From NCBI GenBank assembly GCA_964635905.1, contig CAZWPK010000004.1:25012-89011 (forward strand): a stretch of 64,000 nt of DNA, written 5' to 3'. The notes under the pieces were generated by a model that was given only the letters and a program-made list of their open reading frames with translations, was not told where the DNA came from and ran no database searches. The stretch's first letter is position 1. Every line of letters starts with the position of its first letter. The translations under genes were made by a program, and so were the position numbers. Shown here one piece after another: positions 46,351 to 58,543 of the stretch. The stretch comes from an uncultured Pseudomonadales bacterium. GTDB taxonomy: Bacteria; Patescibacteriota; Microgenomatia; UBA1400; UBA12028.

Positions 46351-46953
46351 TTGTTTGGGTATCATTTGGGAATGAAATCACTGACGCTCGATCAAGTTAA
46401 AATCGCCATTACTTTGGGTACGATCGCAATTGCGATTGTTCATATCTGTTTTCCAACCTTAGGTATCGACACCACAACATTGGTTTTGATCGGAATTGCG
46501 ATTTTTCCTTGGATTTTCCCCATCCTTAAATCCATTGAGTTTCCTGGAGGTTTAAAGATTGAAATGGCCGACTTACAAAAATTAGGGATGGAGGCGAAGG
46601 AATCTGGGCTATTGGAACGAAAGAAAAAACCAACCAAAAAATCCTATCCCTTTGAACAAGTGACGCAAGTGGATCCTAATTTAGCTCTCGCGGGACTGCT
46701 AATCGAAATTGAAAAAGTATTACACAAAATAGCTGAGAAGAATTCGATCAAAAATTCATCGTCCTCCGTACTTTTGATTCGTCATATGGTCCGGGATGAT
46801 ATTCTGTCGGTGGAAGAGGGTGTAGTCCTCTCGGACCTTCTCACTTTATTATCCCAAGCTGTCCATGGTGCGGTGGTGGACCCCGAGGCTTCTGCCTGGG
46901 CAATCACGACCGGAATCTTAATTCTAGAAGCCTTAGAAGCGCGATTAAGTTAG
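46351..46953 (+). CDS. Hypothetical membrane protein (2-3 N-terminal TMs + soluble C-terminal domain)
   Basis: 'IAITLGTIAIAIVHICF', 'LVLIGIAIFPWIFPIL' TM segments; no motif; lies between rpoC and rpsL. Confidence 0.4.
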   Translation: MFGYHLGMKSLTLDQVKIAITLGTIAIAIVHICFPTLGIDTTTLVLIGIAIFPWIFPILKSIEFPGGLKIEMADLQKLGMEAKESGLLERKKKPTKKSYPFEQVTQVDPNLALAGLLIEIEKVLHKIAEKNSIKNSSSSVLLIRHMVRDDILSVEEGVVLSDLLTLLSQAVHGAVVDPEASAWAITTGILILEALEARLS

Positions 46954-47074
46954 TTCCCTTGTCTTGAGGAGGTTCTTGTGCTATTATTCAACTCTTCTCT
47001 GAAGCACGGAACGGTTTCTTTCAAATAAAGAAAACGGAGTAAGAGAAGATTCGTATTGATTCATTAATCAGTAA

Positions 47075-47099
47075 GGCAACCCGTGGGTTGTCTTTTTTT
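47075..47099 (+). terminator. Rho-independent terminator
   Basis: caaccc-gtg-gggttg then TCTTTTTTT. Confidence 0.55.
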
Positions 47100-47113
47100 A
47101 TAGAAAGAAGAGT

Positions 47114-47530
47114 ATGCCAACAATCAACCAACTCATTCGCAAAGGCCGTGGCACCAAAGGGAAACGGATTAAAGCCACCGCACTGCGCAAGAGTTACAAC
47201 AGTAAAACACGTGAGATTACAAAGACATCAAGTCCACAAAAGCGTGGTGTTTGTGTCGTTGTGAAGACCATGACTCCAAAGAAACCAAACTCAGCGTTGC
47301 GTAAAGTTGCTCGTGTACGATTAAGTAACAAACAAGAAGTGACTGCCTATATCATGGGTGAAGGCCACAACCTAGCAGAACACAGTATTGTGTTGGTTCG
47401 CGGTGGACGTGTGAAAGATTTACCTGGTGTAAAGTATCACATCGTTCGAGGCAAGTTTGACTGTCAAGGTGTTGCCAAACGAATGACCTCTCGTAGTAAA
47501 TACGGAGTAAAACGACCGAAGAAAGCATAA
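47114..47530 (+). CDS. rpsL: 30S ribosomal protein S12
   Basis: '[13 protein letters not shown]...[16 protein letters not shown]' S12 signature. Confidence 0.95.
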   Translation: MPTINQLIRKGRGTKGKRIKATALRKSYNSKTREITKTSSPQKRGVCVVVKTMTPKKPNSALRKVARVRLSNKQEVTAYIMGEGHNLAEHSIVLVRGGRVKDLPGVKYHIVRGKFDCQGVAKRMTSRSKYGVKRPKKA

Positions 47531-47575
47531 TTTCCTATTTAGATATTTAAATTTACAAAAAGGTACTAACAATCT

Positions 47576-48055
47576 ATGTCACGCGCACACTCATCACTAC
47601 GACGACCAGTCATGTCTGACCCTCGCTATGGATCAGTCAAAATTGCAAAGTTAATTAACAGAACCATGAAAGATGGAAAAAAGTCGGCTGCCCGAACTCA
47701 AATCTATCTGGCGTTGGATATTCTTAAAGAAAGACTCAATAAAGAGCCTCTCGAAATCTTTGAAGACGCATTACGAGCCGTAACTCCTCAAATGGAAGTA
47801 CGATCCCGCCGAGTCGGTGGAGCGGCATACCAAGTCCCAATGCCAGTTCGAGGTCCTCGAGGATTCTCATTAGCAGTTCGTTGGCTCATTGAAGAAGCAC
47901 GCAAGCGACCAAGCAGTACCTATCACTCGTTTGGAGAAAAATTTGCGGCTGAAATCATGGATGCCCTCAAAGGTGAAGGTGGAACAATTGCGAAGAAGAC
48001 CAGCATGCATCGTATGGCCGATGCCAACAAAGCCTTTGCTCACTTTAGATGGTAG
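47576..48055 (+). CDS. rpsG: 30S ribosomal protein S7
   Basis: 'MSDPRYGSVKIAKLINRTMKDGKKS...AIMDA' S7 pattern. Confidence 0.9.
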   Translation: MSRAHSSLRRPVMSDPRYGSVKIAKLINRTMKDGKKSAARTQIYLALDILKERLNKEPLEIFEDALRAVTPQMEVRSRRVGGAAYQVPMPVRGPRGFSLAVRWLIEEARKRPSSTYHSFGEKFAAEIMDALKGEGGTIAKKTSMHRMADANKAFAHFRW

Positions 48056-48206
48056 AAGCTTTGGGATTCTGTATCTTTAAATACAGATCATGATCGGAAC
48101 CGTAGACTCTACAACACATTTTTTCGAGTGTAGCAGCTTACAATGCGTAGTCAGTTGTTTTAAACTTATAAAAAGAACTTAGATCTAGAAGTAAATAAAG
48201 GACTTT

Positions 48207-50357
48207 ATGGCTCAACAAACCGTTAAAACGAATCAACGCGATCTCCCTTTGGATCGTATTCGTAACTTTGGAATTATCGCGCACATTGATGCAGGGAAGA
48301 CAACCACCTCCGAACGTATTTTGTATTACACCGGAAAGTCCTACAAAATCGGAGACATTGATGAGGGAAATACCCAGATGGACTGGATGGAACAAGAGAA
48401 AGAGCGAGGAATTACCATCGTATCTGCAGCCACGACCACATTCTGGACGCCTGTGTTGGATACGGCAGTTTCTCATGTTCCCTATCGCTTCAACTTGATT
48501 GATACCCCGGGCCACGTCGACTTTACCGCCGAAGTGGAACGCTCACTCCGTGTTCTTGACGGTGGAGTCACCGTTCTTGACGGAGAAGAAGGTGTGCAAT
48601 CGCAATCCGAAACAGTGTGGCGACAAGCAGACAAATATAACGTGCCTCGTATCTGTTTTGTCAACAAAATGGATAAATTGGGAGCAGATTTCCTTAGAAC
48701 CGTTGAAGATATCCGAACCAAGTTCGGAGTAAAACCTGCAATCATGGCACTCCCAATTGGAGCAGAAAACTTCTTTAAGGGAATTGTTCTGGTATTAGAT
48801 CGCAAAGCCCTAATTTGGGAAGGTGATGAAACCGGAGCCAAATATACACTGACCGATGACATTCCAGAAGAAATGAAGGATCAGGTCGAAGAGTATCGTG
48901 CAAAATTGGTCGAAGAAATCGCAGAGACGGATGATGCCATGCTAGAGAGATTCTTTGCTGGAGAAAACATTCCAGTTAACGAATTAAAACAAACCCTTCG
49001 AAAAGCAGTTATCAGTTACAAGTTAGTTCCCGTGTTCTGTGGAAGTAGTTTGCGCAACAAAGGTGTTCAACCTCTCCTGGATGCAATTGTAGAATACTTA
49101 CCATCCCCACAGGACATTAACCACATCAACGGAACCAACCCTGACACGGATGCGGAAGAAGTGCGAAAGCTTACCCCTGAAGAACCATTCTGTGGACTTG
49201 CGTTTAAAATCCAAACCGATCCTCACGTGGGACGAATCACTTATGTGCGTATCTATTCTGGAAAATTGACCTCTGGTAGTTATACCTATAACTCCACCAA
49301 GGGTGAAAAAGAACGCGTGGGTCGACTGCTTCTTATGCATGCTAACCAACGAGAAGAAATCGCCGAAGCCTGGGCAGGAGAAATCGTCGCCGTCGTCGGA
49401 CTCAAATACACGAAGACTGGTGACACCCTCTGTGATGAAAACCACCCGATTCGTTTGGAAGGAATTTCATTCGCAGATCCCGTTATCTCCATGGCAATTG
49501 AACCAAAAACCAAGAATGACCAAGAAAAGATGGGTTTGGCTTTAGGAAAACTATTAGAAGAAGATCCAACCTTTAAAGTTGCCCATAACGATGAAACTGG
49601 ACAGACCACCATCGCTGGAATGGGAGAACTTCATTTGGAAATTCTCGTAGACCGTATGAAACGTGAATTCAATGTGGAAGCCAATGTCGGTGCCCCACAA
49701 GTTGCCTACCGTGAAACCATTAAGCAAGTTGCTGAAGCAGAAGGAAAGTACATTCGTCAGTCGGGTGGACGTGGACAATACGGTCACTGTTGGCTACGTG
49801 TGGAACCCAAAGATCGTGGAACGGGATACGAATGGGTTAACGGAATTGTCGGTGGTGTCATCCCTCGAGAATTTGTTCCCGCCGTTGAAAAAGGTGTCCG
49901 CGAAGCCTTAGAGAATGGTGTACTTGCGGGATACCCATTAGTCGACGTGAAAGTCACCTGTTTTGATGGAAGTTACCACGAAGTAGACTCGTCAGAAATG
50001 TCCTTTAAGATCGCTGGATCCATGGCATTGCAGTCTGCAGTGAAGCAAGCAGACATCGTCTTACTCGAACCAATCATGCAAGTAGAAGTCACCACCCCCT
50101 CCGAGTTTATGGGTGATGTGATTGGTGATCTTTCGAGTAAGCGTGCTCAAATCCAAGGATCTGATCAACGTGGAACTGCTGTTGTTATCCGAGCATTGGT
50201 ACCACTCTCTGAAATGCAGGGATATGTCACCACGCTTCGATCCATGACACAGGGACGTGCAGCATCCGTGATGATTCCTTCGCACTACGATGAAGTGCCA
50301 CAAAACATTTCTGCAAAGATCGTAGAGAAGAATAAACCAACGGGAAGGGCAGCATAG
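48207..50357 (+). CDS. fusA: Elongation factor G
   Basis: '[22 protein letters not shown]', 'DTPGHVDF', 716 aa. Confidence 0.95.
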   Translation: MAQQTVKTNQRDLPLDRIRNFGIIAHIDAGKTTTSERILYYTGKSYKIGDIDEGNTQMDWMEQEKERGITIVSAATTTFWTPVLDTAVSHVPYRFNLIDTPGHVDFTAEVERSLRVLDGGVTVLDGEEGVQSQSETVWRQADKYNVPRICFVNKMDKLGADFLRTVEDIRTKFGVKPAIMALPIGAENFFKGIVLVLDRKALIWEGDETGAKYTLTDDIPEEMKDQVEEYRAKLVEEIAETDDAMLERFFAGENIPVNELKQTLRKAVISYKLVPVFCGSSLRNKGVQPLLDAIVEYLPSPQDINHINGTNPDTDAEEVRKLTPEEPFCGLAFKIQTDPHVGRITYVRIYSGKLTSGSYTYNSTKGEKERVGRLLLMHANQREEIAEAWAGEIVAVVGLKYTKTGDTLCDENHPIRLEGISFADPVISMAIEPKTKNDQEKMGLALGKLLEEDPTFKVAHNDETGQTTIAGMGELHLEILVDRMKREFNVEANVGAPQVAYRETIKQVAEAEGKYIRQSGGRGQYGHCWLRVEPKDRGTGYEWVNGIVGGVIPREFVPAVEKGVREALENGVLAGYPLVDVKVTCFDGSYHEVDSSEMSFKIAGSMALQSAVKQADIVLLEPIMQVEVTTPSEFMGDVIGDLSSKRAQIQGSDQRGTAVVIRALVPLSEMQGYVTTLRSMTQGRAASVMIPSHYDEVPQNISAKIVEKNKPTGRAA

Positions 50358-50361
50358 GTTT

Positions 50362-50796
50362 ATGAATGAGAACACTCATCCGTTGTCTCTCTACTTTCAG
50401 TTACGAAATATCCAGTATGGAAAGGAAAGAAAAGATACTGAGAGGTTAAATGATCGAAAGGGAGAAGTCTCTACCAGAAAGAAACTGGAAGGACATTATT
50501 TGTCAGCGCTACGGTATAAAGTTGAGCATATGCAGAAGTATTTGGATGCATTACTCTCAACCGAGGATGGAAATTCTGATCTAGCATTTCTTGCAATTCG
50601 AGGGTTTAACCTAACCTTACAAGAAACTATTATCGCTGCCGAGCAAGAAGCCGTTGCACTTATTGAAGAATGGAATACAAGTGCGGAACCAAAAGACTGG
50701 GTAAATAAATCGCTAAACAATATTGGGAATGAACTACTGAGTTTGTTTGATATAGAACAGAAAAAAGATAAGTTTATTAGTTCAAGAAGAAACTAG
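50362..50796 (+). CDS. Hypothetical protein inserted between fusA and tuf
   Basis: 144 aa ORF starting 4 nt after the fusA stop; helical, K/E-rich; locally AT-rich. Confidence 0.4.
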   Translation: MNENTHPLSLYFQLRNIQYGKERKDTERLNDRKGEVSTRKKLEGHYLSALRYKVEHMQKYLDALLSTEDGNSDLAFLAIRGFNLTLQETIIAAEQEAVALIEEWNTSAEPKDWVNKSLNNIGNELLSLFDIEQKKDKFISSRRN

Positions 50797-50887
50797 AGTA
50801 TAAACCGCTTTTAAATTATAAATAATCTAGTACAATAAAGGTTCGCAGTATTATAGTAAATAATTATTATCAAAGGAATACAACATT

Positions 50888-52066
<1,179 letters not shown>

Positions 52067-52092
52067 TCTTGGTTATTTTAAACCGAACTTTA

Positions 52093-52125
52093 AAAGCCCT
52101 TCCCGTAAAACGGAAGGGCTTTTTG
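52093..52125 (+). terminator. Rho-independent terminator after tuf
   Basis: aaaagcccttccg-taaaa-cggaagggcttttt. Confidence 0.7.
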
Positions 52126-52325
52126 TATAGTGAAGAAGCCTGTGTAATCCCCGAAGAGTGGTTCTTGTAGGTATTTAAACTTGGTTGTTTGTATCAGTGG
52201 TGGAGTTAATAAGTATAATGCCTAATTACCTCGAGTGAAATGGAGAAATACCAATCAGTACCTGGCAATTTTCATACGAAAGTGTTGTGTTCTGTTTGTG
52301 TAGTGTTTTCCTCTAGATCCTCCTC

Positions 52326-52354
52326 TTGTCACCAGAGAAAGGCTGGTATATAAT
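52326..52354 (+). promoter_or_regulatory. sigma-A-type promoter of the S10 operon (TTGTCA-17-TATAAT)
   Basis: -35 52326-52331, -10 52349-52354; ~45 nt upstream of rpsJ inside a 330-nt leader. Confidence 0.5.
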
Positions 52355-52398
52355 ATTTTTCTTGCTCTTTGACAGTAAGAACTTAGTTAATATTTGGT

Positions 52399-52728
52399 AT
52401 GGCAACTCAAAAACCAACCACCGGCAAACCACGTATTCGCGTTCGATTAAAATCATTTGACCATCGAGTGGTGGATAGTGCAGCCAAGAAGATTTTAGAG
52501 ACAGCTCTTTCTACTGGAGCTCGAGTCGTCGGTCCTGTACCAATGCCTACTCACAAAAAGCAATTCACCGTATTAACCTCTCCTCATACTGATAAAAATG
52601 CTCAAGAGCATTTTGAAGTGCGTACGCACAAACGTATGATCGATATTGAGGAACCAACCAGCAAGACCATTGATGCACTCATGCATTTGGAATTACCGGC
52701 AGGGGTCGGAATTCAAATTAAAATGTAA
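52399..52728 (+). CDS. rpsJ: 30S ribosomal protein S10
   Basis: '[20 protein letters not shown]...VGPVPMPT' S10. Confidence 0.95.
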   Translation: MATQKPTTGKPRIRVRLKSFDHRVVDSAAKKILETALSTGARVVGPVPMPTHKKQFTVLTSPHTDKNAQEHFEVRTHKRMIDIEEPTSKTIDALMHLELPAGVGIQIKM

Positions 52729-52877
52729 AAGTTAACTTGTTTGACTTTTGCCTTTTGATTTAACAATCAAAACAATGACATGCGTATATCGCACACATCG
52801 AACACCAGTTGGTGAGTGATACGCAAAGGCAAATGAAACCGCCTTTGTGGGGCGGATTTTTTTTGGAAAAAAACAGT

Positions 52878-53657
52878 ATGATCAATCAGATACTTGCGAC
52901 CAAACGACACATGACGCAAGCCTGGACCAAATCCGGGAAGCGTATTCCTGTCACGGTGTTAAAAGCCGATGATTGTATGGTTGTAGGAAAAGCGAACACC
53001 GAAGGTAAAATCCAAATCGGTGGATCTGTCAAAAAACTGAAAAACATGCATAAACCTCAACGTGCCAGCCTCGAAAAAGCTGGCGTTTCTTTAGGTTTTC
53101 GTAAAGTCTGTGAAGTCACTGCTTCCGATGCCGATTTAACCCTCGCTATCGGTACCAAAATCGCTCCACAGCAAGTTCTTTCATTGGGTGACATCGTAAA
53201 AGTGACTGGAACCAGTAAAGGTTCCGGATTTACCGGTGTCGTGAAACGCCACGGATTTAAAGGTGGATCACGAACCCACGGACAAGCAGACCGAGAACGT
53301 GCACCAGGCTCTATCGGTGCTGGAACAACTCCAGGTCGTGTGTACAAAAACAAACGCATGGCTGGTCGAGCTGGAAACGAACGAGTAACCGTAGAAGGAC
53401 TTCAAGTTGTAGCTTTAAATGAGCAAACCGGTGAAGTCTGGTTAAAAGGCTTAGTTCCAGGCGCAATGAATGGGATTGTTTTGATTACCAAAGTAGAGAG
53501 TACCTCCTTTGATGGATTACTTTCTACCGACGCTGTCAAAGCCATGGAAGCTCCAGTAGCAGAGCCTACAACAGAAGAAGCACCAGTAGCCGAGGAAGAT
53601 ACGACCACTGTAGAACCAACCGATGCACCTGTGACAAGTGAAGTACAACCAGAATAA
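52878..53657 (+). CDS. rplC: 50S ribosomal protein L3 (acidic Pro/Thr/Glu-rich C-terminal extension)
   Basis: 'GTSKGSGFTGVVKRHGFKGG', 'RMAGRAGN'; start set at MINQ... (ORF track starts earlier); tail 'EAPVAEPTTEEAPVAEED'. Confidence 0.9.
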   Translation: MINQILATKRHMTQAWTKSGKRIPVTVLKADDCMVVGKANTEGKIQIGGSVKKLKNMHKPQRASLEKAGVSLGFRKVCEVTASDADLTLAIGTKIAPQQVLSLGDIVKVTGTSKGSGFTGVVKRHGFKGGSRTHGQADRERAPGSIGAGTTPGRVYKNKRMAGRAGNERVTVEGLQVVALNEQTGEVWLKGLVPGAMNGIVLITKVESTSFDGLLSTDAVKAMEAPVAEPTTEEAPVAEEDTTTVEPTDAPVTSEVQPE

Positions 53658-53662
53658 CCTTT

Positions 53663-54367
53663 ATGAAATTGGCAACCTATACAATTACCGGAAAAAAGAC
53701 AGCAGATACCGATATCTCCCTGTTTGATAATGCAGCGCATCCAAAAATCGTTGCTCAAGCAGTGCGTGTGTTCTTATCGAACCAACGCTCAGGTTCCGCC
53801 GCAACCAAGACTCGTGGTGAAGTGCTCATGACGAAATCCAAATGGTACAAGCAAAAAGGTACTGGCCGAGCCCGCCATGGTGCTCAATCCGCTCCCTTGT
53901 TCGTTGGAGGTGGAGTCGCACATGGACCTCGTGGTGTTTCGAACTGGAAACTTTCCATGAGTAAGACTATGCGACGCCGTGCGCTAGAGACTGCATTGGC
54001 GATGCAAGCAAATGATGGGAAAGTTGTGATCGTGGATGGACTGGAAAAAGTAAAAGGAAAGACCTCTGAGATCGTCAGTTTCTTGGGTGCAATGGAAATT
54101 GCCTCAAAAGCAGTCTTAATCGTGGTTGGCAAGAGTGAACCACTATTACTTCGAGCTACCAACAACATGCCAAACGTGTTTGTGTGTCCTGCCGATAACT
54201 TAACAACGTATTATGTTGCTCGAGCTCAAAAAGTTTTGTTAACACCAGATGCAGTCGAGAGTTTCCAAGCTCGATTCGCGGTCGCTACCAAAGAAGAAGT
54301 GGCAGCTCCAGCCCCTGAAAAGAAACCAAACGTAAAAAAAACCGTGCGAAAGGTTAAAACAGCCTAA
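53663..54367 (+). CDS. rplD: 50S ribosomal protein L4
   Basis: 'KQKGTGRARHGAQSAPLFVGGGVAHGPR' L4. Confidence 0.9.
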   Translation: MKLATYTITGKKTADTDISLFDNAAHPKIVAQAVRVFLSNQRSGSAATKTRGEVLMTKSKWYKQKGTGRARHGAQSAPLFVGGGVAHGPRGVSNWKLSMSKTMRRRALETALAMQANDGKVVIVDGLEKVKGKTSEIVSFLGAMEIASKAVLIVVGKSEPLLLRATNNMPNVFVCPADNLTTYYVARAQKVLLTPDAVESFQARFAVATKEEVAAPAPEKKPNVKKTVRKVKTA

Positions 54368-54372
54368 TTGCT

Positions 54373-54666
54373 ATGAACCCGTTTATCTTAAAGTCACCAT
54401 TGATTACCGAAAAGACGTACCGACTAGCGCAAACCAATCATGTCTATACGTTTGAAGTTGACCCAGCGGCAACCAAAGGTCAAATTCGTGAAGCAGTGCA
54501 AGAGACATTTGGAGTAAACGTACTCACCGTTACGACCAGTAAAATCGCCGGTCGAGTGAAGCGCACTGGCCGCAAGCGCATGTCGCATGTGATCCCTAAA
54601 GGGAAAAAAGCAATGGTAAAGATCCAAGCGGATCAAACAATTGAGGTATTTGCAATTAACGAATAA
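54373..54666 (+). CDS. rplW: 50S ribosomal protein L23
   Basis: '[38 protein letters not shown]' L23. Confidence 0.9.
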   Translation: MNPFILKSPLITEKTYRLAQTNHVYTFEVDPAATKGQIREAVQETFGVNVLTVTTSKIAGRVKRTGRKRMSHVIPKGKKAMVKIQADQTIEVFAINE

Positions 54667-54667
54667 T

Positions 54668-55504
54668 ATGGCACTTAAAGTACACAAAGCCACCACCGCA
54701 GGACGCCGCCATCGTAAAGATGTCGATAACACCGTGTTGACGAAAGGACGACCAGAAAAGTCATTACTCGTCAAAGGTGTGTTAAAGCGCCAAGGACGCA
54801 ACAATGAAGGTAGAATTACCGTTCGTCATCGTGGAGGTGGAAACAAACGAAAGTTACGCGTTATTGACTTTCGACGTGACAAAATCGGCGTACCCGCAAA
54901 GGTCATGACGATTGAATACGATCCAATGCGAACCGCTCGAATTGCCTTGTTAAATTACGCAGATGGTGAGAAGCGCTACATTCTAGTTCCTGAAGGACTA
55001 GAAGTTGGACAAACGATCGTGAGTGGTCCAGAAGCAGATATTGTTGTTGGAAACACCATGCCATTATCACGCATCCCAGTTGGAACACCGATTCATGGAA
55101 TCGAAATTACTCCTGGGAAAGGTGCTCAGCTGATTCGCTCCGCAGGATCTAGTGCATCAGTCCAAAGTAAAGAAGGATCCTACGTTACCGTCATGATGCC
55201 TTCCAAAGAGTTGCGCTTGATCAAAGCCGACTGTATGGCAACCATCGGACAAGTTGGAAACGTAGAATGGAAAACAACCAGTTTTGGAAAAGCTGGACGC
55301 CGTCGCTATATGGGATGGAGACCAGCTGTACGTGGAACTGCCCAGCACCCTGGATCGCACCCACACGGAGGCGGAGAAGGTCGAAGTGGAATTGGACTCA
55401 AATATCCAAAGACTCCATGGGGCAAGATCGCACTTGGAAAGAAAACTCGAGATCGTAAGAAATATAGTAAGAAGCTGATCGTTCGCGATCGCAGAGTGAA
55501 ATAA
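54668..55504 (+). CDS. rplB: 50S ribosomal protein L2
   Basis: '[17 protein letters not shown]', '[29 protein letters not shown]' L2. Confidence 0.95.
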   Translation: MALKVHKATTAGRRHRKDVDNTVLTKGRPEKSLLVKGVLKRQGRNNEGRITVRHRGGGNKRKLRVIDFRRDKIGVPAKVMTIEYDPMRTARIALLNYADGEKRYILVPEGLEVGQTIVSGPEADIVVGNTMPLSRIPVGTPIHGIEITPGKGAQLIRSAGSSASVQSKEGSYVTVMMPSKELRLIKADCMATIGQVGNVEWKTTSFGKAGRRRYMGWRPAVRGTAQHPGSHPHGGGEGRSGIGLKYPKTPWGKIALGKKTRDRKKYSKKLIVRDRRVK

Positions 55505-55508
55505 ACTT

Positions 55509-55790
55509 ATGGCACGATCAAACAAAAAAGGACCATACATTGACGAACGCCTCTTAGGCAAAGTCATGAAGCAAAAGGTAGGACGCAAAGAACCCATTAA
55601 AACGTGGAGTCGTGCGTGTCAAATCCCACCAGAATTCGTGGGACACACATTTTTGGTTCACAATGGGAAAAAGTTTATTGAAGTCTTTGTGAACGAAGCA
55701 ATGGTAGGACACCGCTTAGGAGAATTCTCCTTAACGCGAACCTTCCATGGACACGGCAAGATGGTTAAGCGCACATTAACCAAGACATAA
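55509..55790 (+). CDS. rpsS: 30S ribosomal protein S19
   Basis: '[16 protein letters not shown]...[29 protein letters not shown]' S19. Confidence 0.95.
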   Translation: MARSNKKGPYIDERLLGKVMKQKVGRKEPIKTWSRACQIPPEFVGHTFLVHNGKKFIEVFVNEAMVGHRLGEFSLTRTFHGHGKMVKRTLTKT

Positions 55791-55804
55791 AAAGAATAAA
55801 GAAT

Positions 55805-56326
55805 ATGGAAATCGTGAGCAAACAAACATACGTTCGTCAGAGTCAACAAAAGCTTCGAGATGTGGCTCGGGTAGTTAAACACTTACCGATTCCTGCTTTA
55901 CGCTTACAGTTAACACAGATGAACCGCGAAGCAGCAAAACGCATTTTGGAAACTGTAAACCAAGCAGTGGCGAATGCGCAACACAATTTTGGTGTGAGCG
56001 AAGATCAATTGACCTTAAAGGAATTATTGATTCTTCGTGGTCCACACTACAAGCGTATGCGACCAGTCAGTCGTGGACAAGGACACGCGATTTTGAAGAG
56101 AACCAGTCATATTGTGGTTCGCTTAGCGACTGCTGAAGCTGTAACAGCTAAACCAGCAGCTCATGACCATGACCACGATCATGCCCATGAAGCAGCAGCA
56201 GCACAGGCAGAAGTAGTAGCAGAAGAGAAAACTGTAAAGTCCGCCCCAAAAACAGAGAAAAAGGCGGCTCCAAAGAAGACATCAACGAGTACCAAAAAAA
56301 AGACAACACAAAAGGATGAGAAATAA
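55805..56326 (+). CDS. rplV: 50S ribosomal protein L22 with His/Asp-repeat and Lys-rich C-terminal extension
   Basis: L22 core to ~aa 115, then 'KPAAHDHDHDHAHEAAAAQ...KKAAPKKTSTSTKKKTTQKDEK'. Confidence 0.9.
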   Translation: MEIVSKQTYVRQSQQKLRDVARVVKHLPIPALRLQLTQMNREAAKRILETVNQAVANAQHNFGVSEDQLTLKELLILRGPHYKRMRPVSRGQGHAILKRTSHIVVRLATAEAVTAKPAAHDHDHDHAHEAAAAQAEVVAEEKTVKSAPKTEKKAAPKKTSTSTKKKTTQKDEK

Positions 56327-56329
56327 CCT

Positions 56330-56986
56330 ATGGGTCAAAAAGTAAATCCGCACGTCTATCGACTTGGAAATCTGTATACTTGGGATTCCCTCTGGTATAC
56401 CAACAAACATGACTACAGCATGACGTTGTTAGAAGATGTGAAGATTCGAAAGTTCTTAAGCGCCAAATTAAAGAATGCTGGACTCGTGAAAATTGAAATT
56501 GAACGATCCGTCAATGCACTCAAGCTTCGATTCTTAGTGAGTCGACCGGGTGTGGTGATTGGACGAGGAGGATCAAACTTAGATCAATTAAAGCAAGAGA
56601 TCGCAAAGTTGTTAAAAATCAATCCGAATGACAAAAAAGCCATGAAGATTGTGATTGACGAAATTGTAGAAGTGAAGCGACCCGATTTGGCAGCAAAGTT
56701 AGTCGCAGAACGTATCGCAGAACAATTGGTTAAGCGTATGCCACAGCGACGTGCAGTAACCCAGGCATTAGAGAAGTCTATGGGTGCTGGAGCCAAAGGA
56801 ATTAAGATTGTTCTCTCTGGTCGTATTAACGGCGCTGAGATCGGACGACGCGAGAAATATGTGCAAGGAACCGTACCTACCCAGACCTTGCGCGCAGACA
56901 TTGATTACGCACACGTACCCGCTTTAACCCGTTCTGGATACGTCGGAATTAAGGTGTGGATTCATAAAGGTGAAAAAACAAACTAA
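56330..56986 (+). CDS. rpsC: 30S ribosomal protein S3
   Basis: 'MGQKVNPHVYRLG', KH domain, 'GRINGAEIGRREKYVQG' S3. Confidence 0.95.
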   Translation: MGQKVNPHVYRLGNLYTWDSLWYTNKHDYSMTLLEDVKIRKFLSAKLKNAGLVKIEIERSVNALKLRFLVSRPGVVIGRGGSNLDQLKQEIAKLLKINPNDKKAMKIVIDEIVEVKRPDLAAKLVAERIAEQLVKRMPQRRAVTQALEKSMGAGAKGIKIVLSGRINGAEIGRREKYVQGTVPTQTLRADIDYAHVPALTRSGYVGIKVWIHKGEKTN

Positions 56987-56995
56987 AAGGGATGT

Positions 56996-57403
56996 ATGTT
57001 ACAGCCGAAGAAAATGAAATACCGAAAGATGTTTAAAGGCCGACGCGCTGGGCTCTCTACACGAGGGGCTGAAGTGTCTTTTGGAGATTTTGGTCTAAAA
57101 GCGGTGGAATGTGGATGGTTCTCTGCTCGACAAATCGAAGCAGCTCGACGCACCATCACCCATCACACCAAACGTTTAGGGAAAATGTGGATCCGAGTAT
57201 TCCCGGATAAGCCAATTACCCAAAAGCCAGGTAACGTGAAAATGGGTGGTGGAAAAGGTGATGTGAAAGAATATGTAGCAGTGGTTAAGCCAGGCAGAGT
57301 GTTATTTGAATTGGGTGGAGTTCGAGAAGATATTGCACGGGAAGCATTGCGAAAAGCAGCGCACAAGATTCCCATGAAGACAGTCTTTATCGTGAAAGAA
57401 TAA
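56996..57403 (+). CDS. rplP: 50S ribosomal protein L16
   Basis: '[16 protein letters not shown]...[12 protein letters not shown]' L16. Confidence 0.95.
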   Translation: MLQPKKMKYRKMFKGRRAGLSTRGAEVSFGDFGLKAVECGWFSARQIEAARRTITHHTKRLGKMWIRVFPDKPITQKPGNVKMGGGKGDVKEYVAVVKPGRVLFELGGVREDIAREALRKAAHKIPMKTVFIVKE

Positions 57404-57405
57404 GT

Positions 57406-57612
57406 ATGAAACGCAATGATAAAAAAGCACTACAAGAAATGGACGTCCTCGCTTTACAAAAGCGTGGTGAGGAATTACGCAAAGAATTTGCAGTATCCAA
57501 AATGCAGTTTCGCGTAGGGAAACTTAAAAACGTTCGTTTGCTTTCGGTGTTACGCCATAAGTTGGCAGTCGTTGAAACTCTGTTAACACAAAAAGAAAAG
57601 GTAAATGCTTAA
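57406..57612 (+). CDS. rpmC: 50S ribosomal protein L29
   Basis: 68 aa, 'ALQKRGEELRKEFAVSKMQFRVGKLKNV' L29 helical pattern; position after L16. Confidence 0.85.
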   Translation: MKRNDKKALQEMDVLALQKRGEELRKEFAVSKMQFRVGKLKNVRLLSVLRHKLAVVETLLTQKEKVNA

Positions 57613-57613
57613 T

Positions 57614-57850
57614 ATGAAACGTTTTACAGGAATCGTCGTTCGTGCCTCTACTGCTAAGACAGTATTTGTGGAAGTGGCTCAAGAATGGGTACACCCGAAG
57701 TACCAAAAGAAAATGAATTTAAAACGCGTATTTCCAACGCACGATGAAGTAGGAGTAAAGGTTGGAGATCAAGTGGTGATTTCGGAATGCAAACCAATGA
57801 GTGCAACGAAGTTTTTTAAAGTAGAGGAAGTCGTTACTAAGAACGCTTAA
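57614..57850 (+). CDS. rpsQ: 30S ribosomal protein S17
   Basis: 'KRFTGIVVRASTAKTVFVEV...HPKYQK...HDEVGVKVGDQVVISECKPMSATK' S17. Confidence 0.85.
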   Translation: MKRFTGIVVRASTAKTVFVEVAQEWVHPKYQKKMNLKRVFPTHDEVGVKVGDQVVISECKPMSATKFFKVEEVVTKNA

Positions 57851-57856
57851 TATTGT

Positions 57857-58231
57857 ATGGTCCAATTACGATCCGTCTTAACATCAGCTGACAACTCCGG
57901 AGCCCGAAGCTTGCGTGTTCTCCATATTCATGGAGGTTCACGACACGTCAAAGGCACGATCGGAGATATCGTAACTGCATCCGTCATTGACGCCGCCACA
58001 CAAGGACAAGTCAAAAAAGGCGAGATGGTCAAAGCGGTGATTGTTCGCACTCGTAAAGAATTCCGTCGTAAAGATGGAAGCTTTATTCGTTTTGACGATA
58101 ACGCAGCCGTGGTGATCGATACGATCAAAGGGAAACAACCACGAGGAAGTCGTATCTTTGGACCAGTGGCTCGTGAAGTAAAAGAGCTGGGATTTGATAA
58201 AATTGCATCTTTGGCACAGGAAGTGCTCTAA
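57857..58231 (+). CDS. rplN: 50S ribosomal protein L14
   Basis: '[17 protein letters not shown]...[25 protein letters not shown]' L14. Confidence 0.95.
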   Translation: MVQLRSVLTSADNSGARSLRVLHIHGGSRHVKGTIGDIVTASVIDAATQGQVKKGEMVKAVIVRTRKEFRRKDGSFIRFDDNAAVVIDTIKGKQPRGSRIFGPVAREVKELGFDKIASLAQEVL

Positions 58232-58236
58232 AACCT

Positions 58237-58539
58237 ATGAAATTTAAAGCTGGCGATAATGTACAGGTAACCGCAGGAAAAGACAATGGAAAGCATGGAA
58301 AAGTGCTCAAGGTCTATCCAAAAGAAGAGAAAGTTCTCGTTGAAGGCGTGAACATGTACGTGAAGCATGTTAAACCAATACAAGGACGATCTGGTGAAAA
58401 AATTCGCAGAGAACGACCATTGCACACTGCCAGTGTCGCAATCATGAACCCCGATACCGGAAAAGTGGACCGTATCGGATACAAGATGGAAGGTGGAGAG
58501 AAAGTGCGTATCTTTAAGAAGACTGGGAAGGCAATTTAA
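58237..58539 (+). CDS. rplX: 50S ribosomal protein L24
   Basis: 'MKFKAGDNVQVTAGKDNGKHGKVLKV' KOW motif. Confidence 0.9.
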   Translation: MKFKAGDNVQVTAGKDNGKHGKVLKVYPKEEKVLVEGVNMYVKHVKPIQGRSGEKIRRERPLHTASVAIMNPDTGKVDRIGYKMEGGEKVRIFKKTGKAI

Positions 58540-58543
58540 ACAT

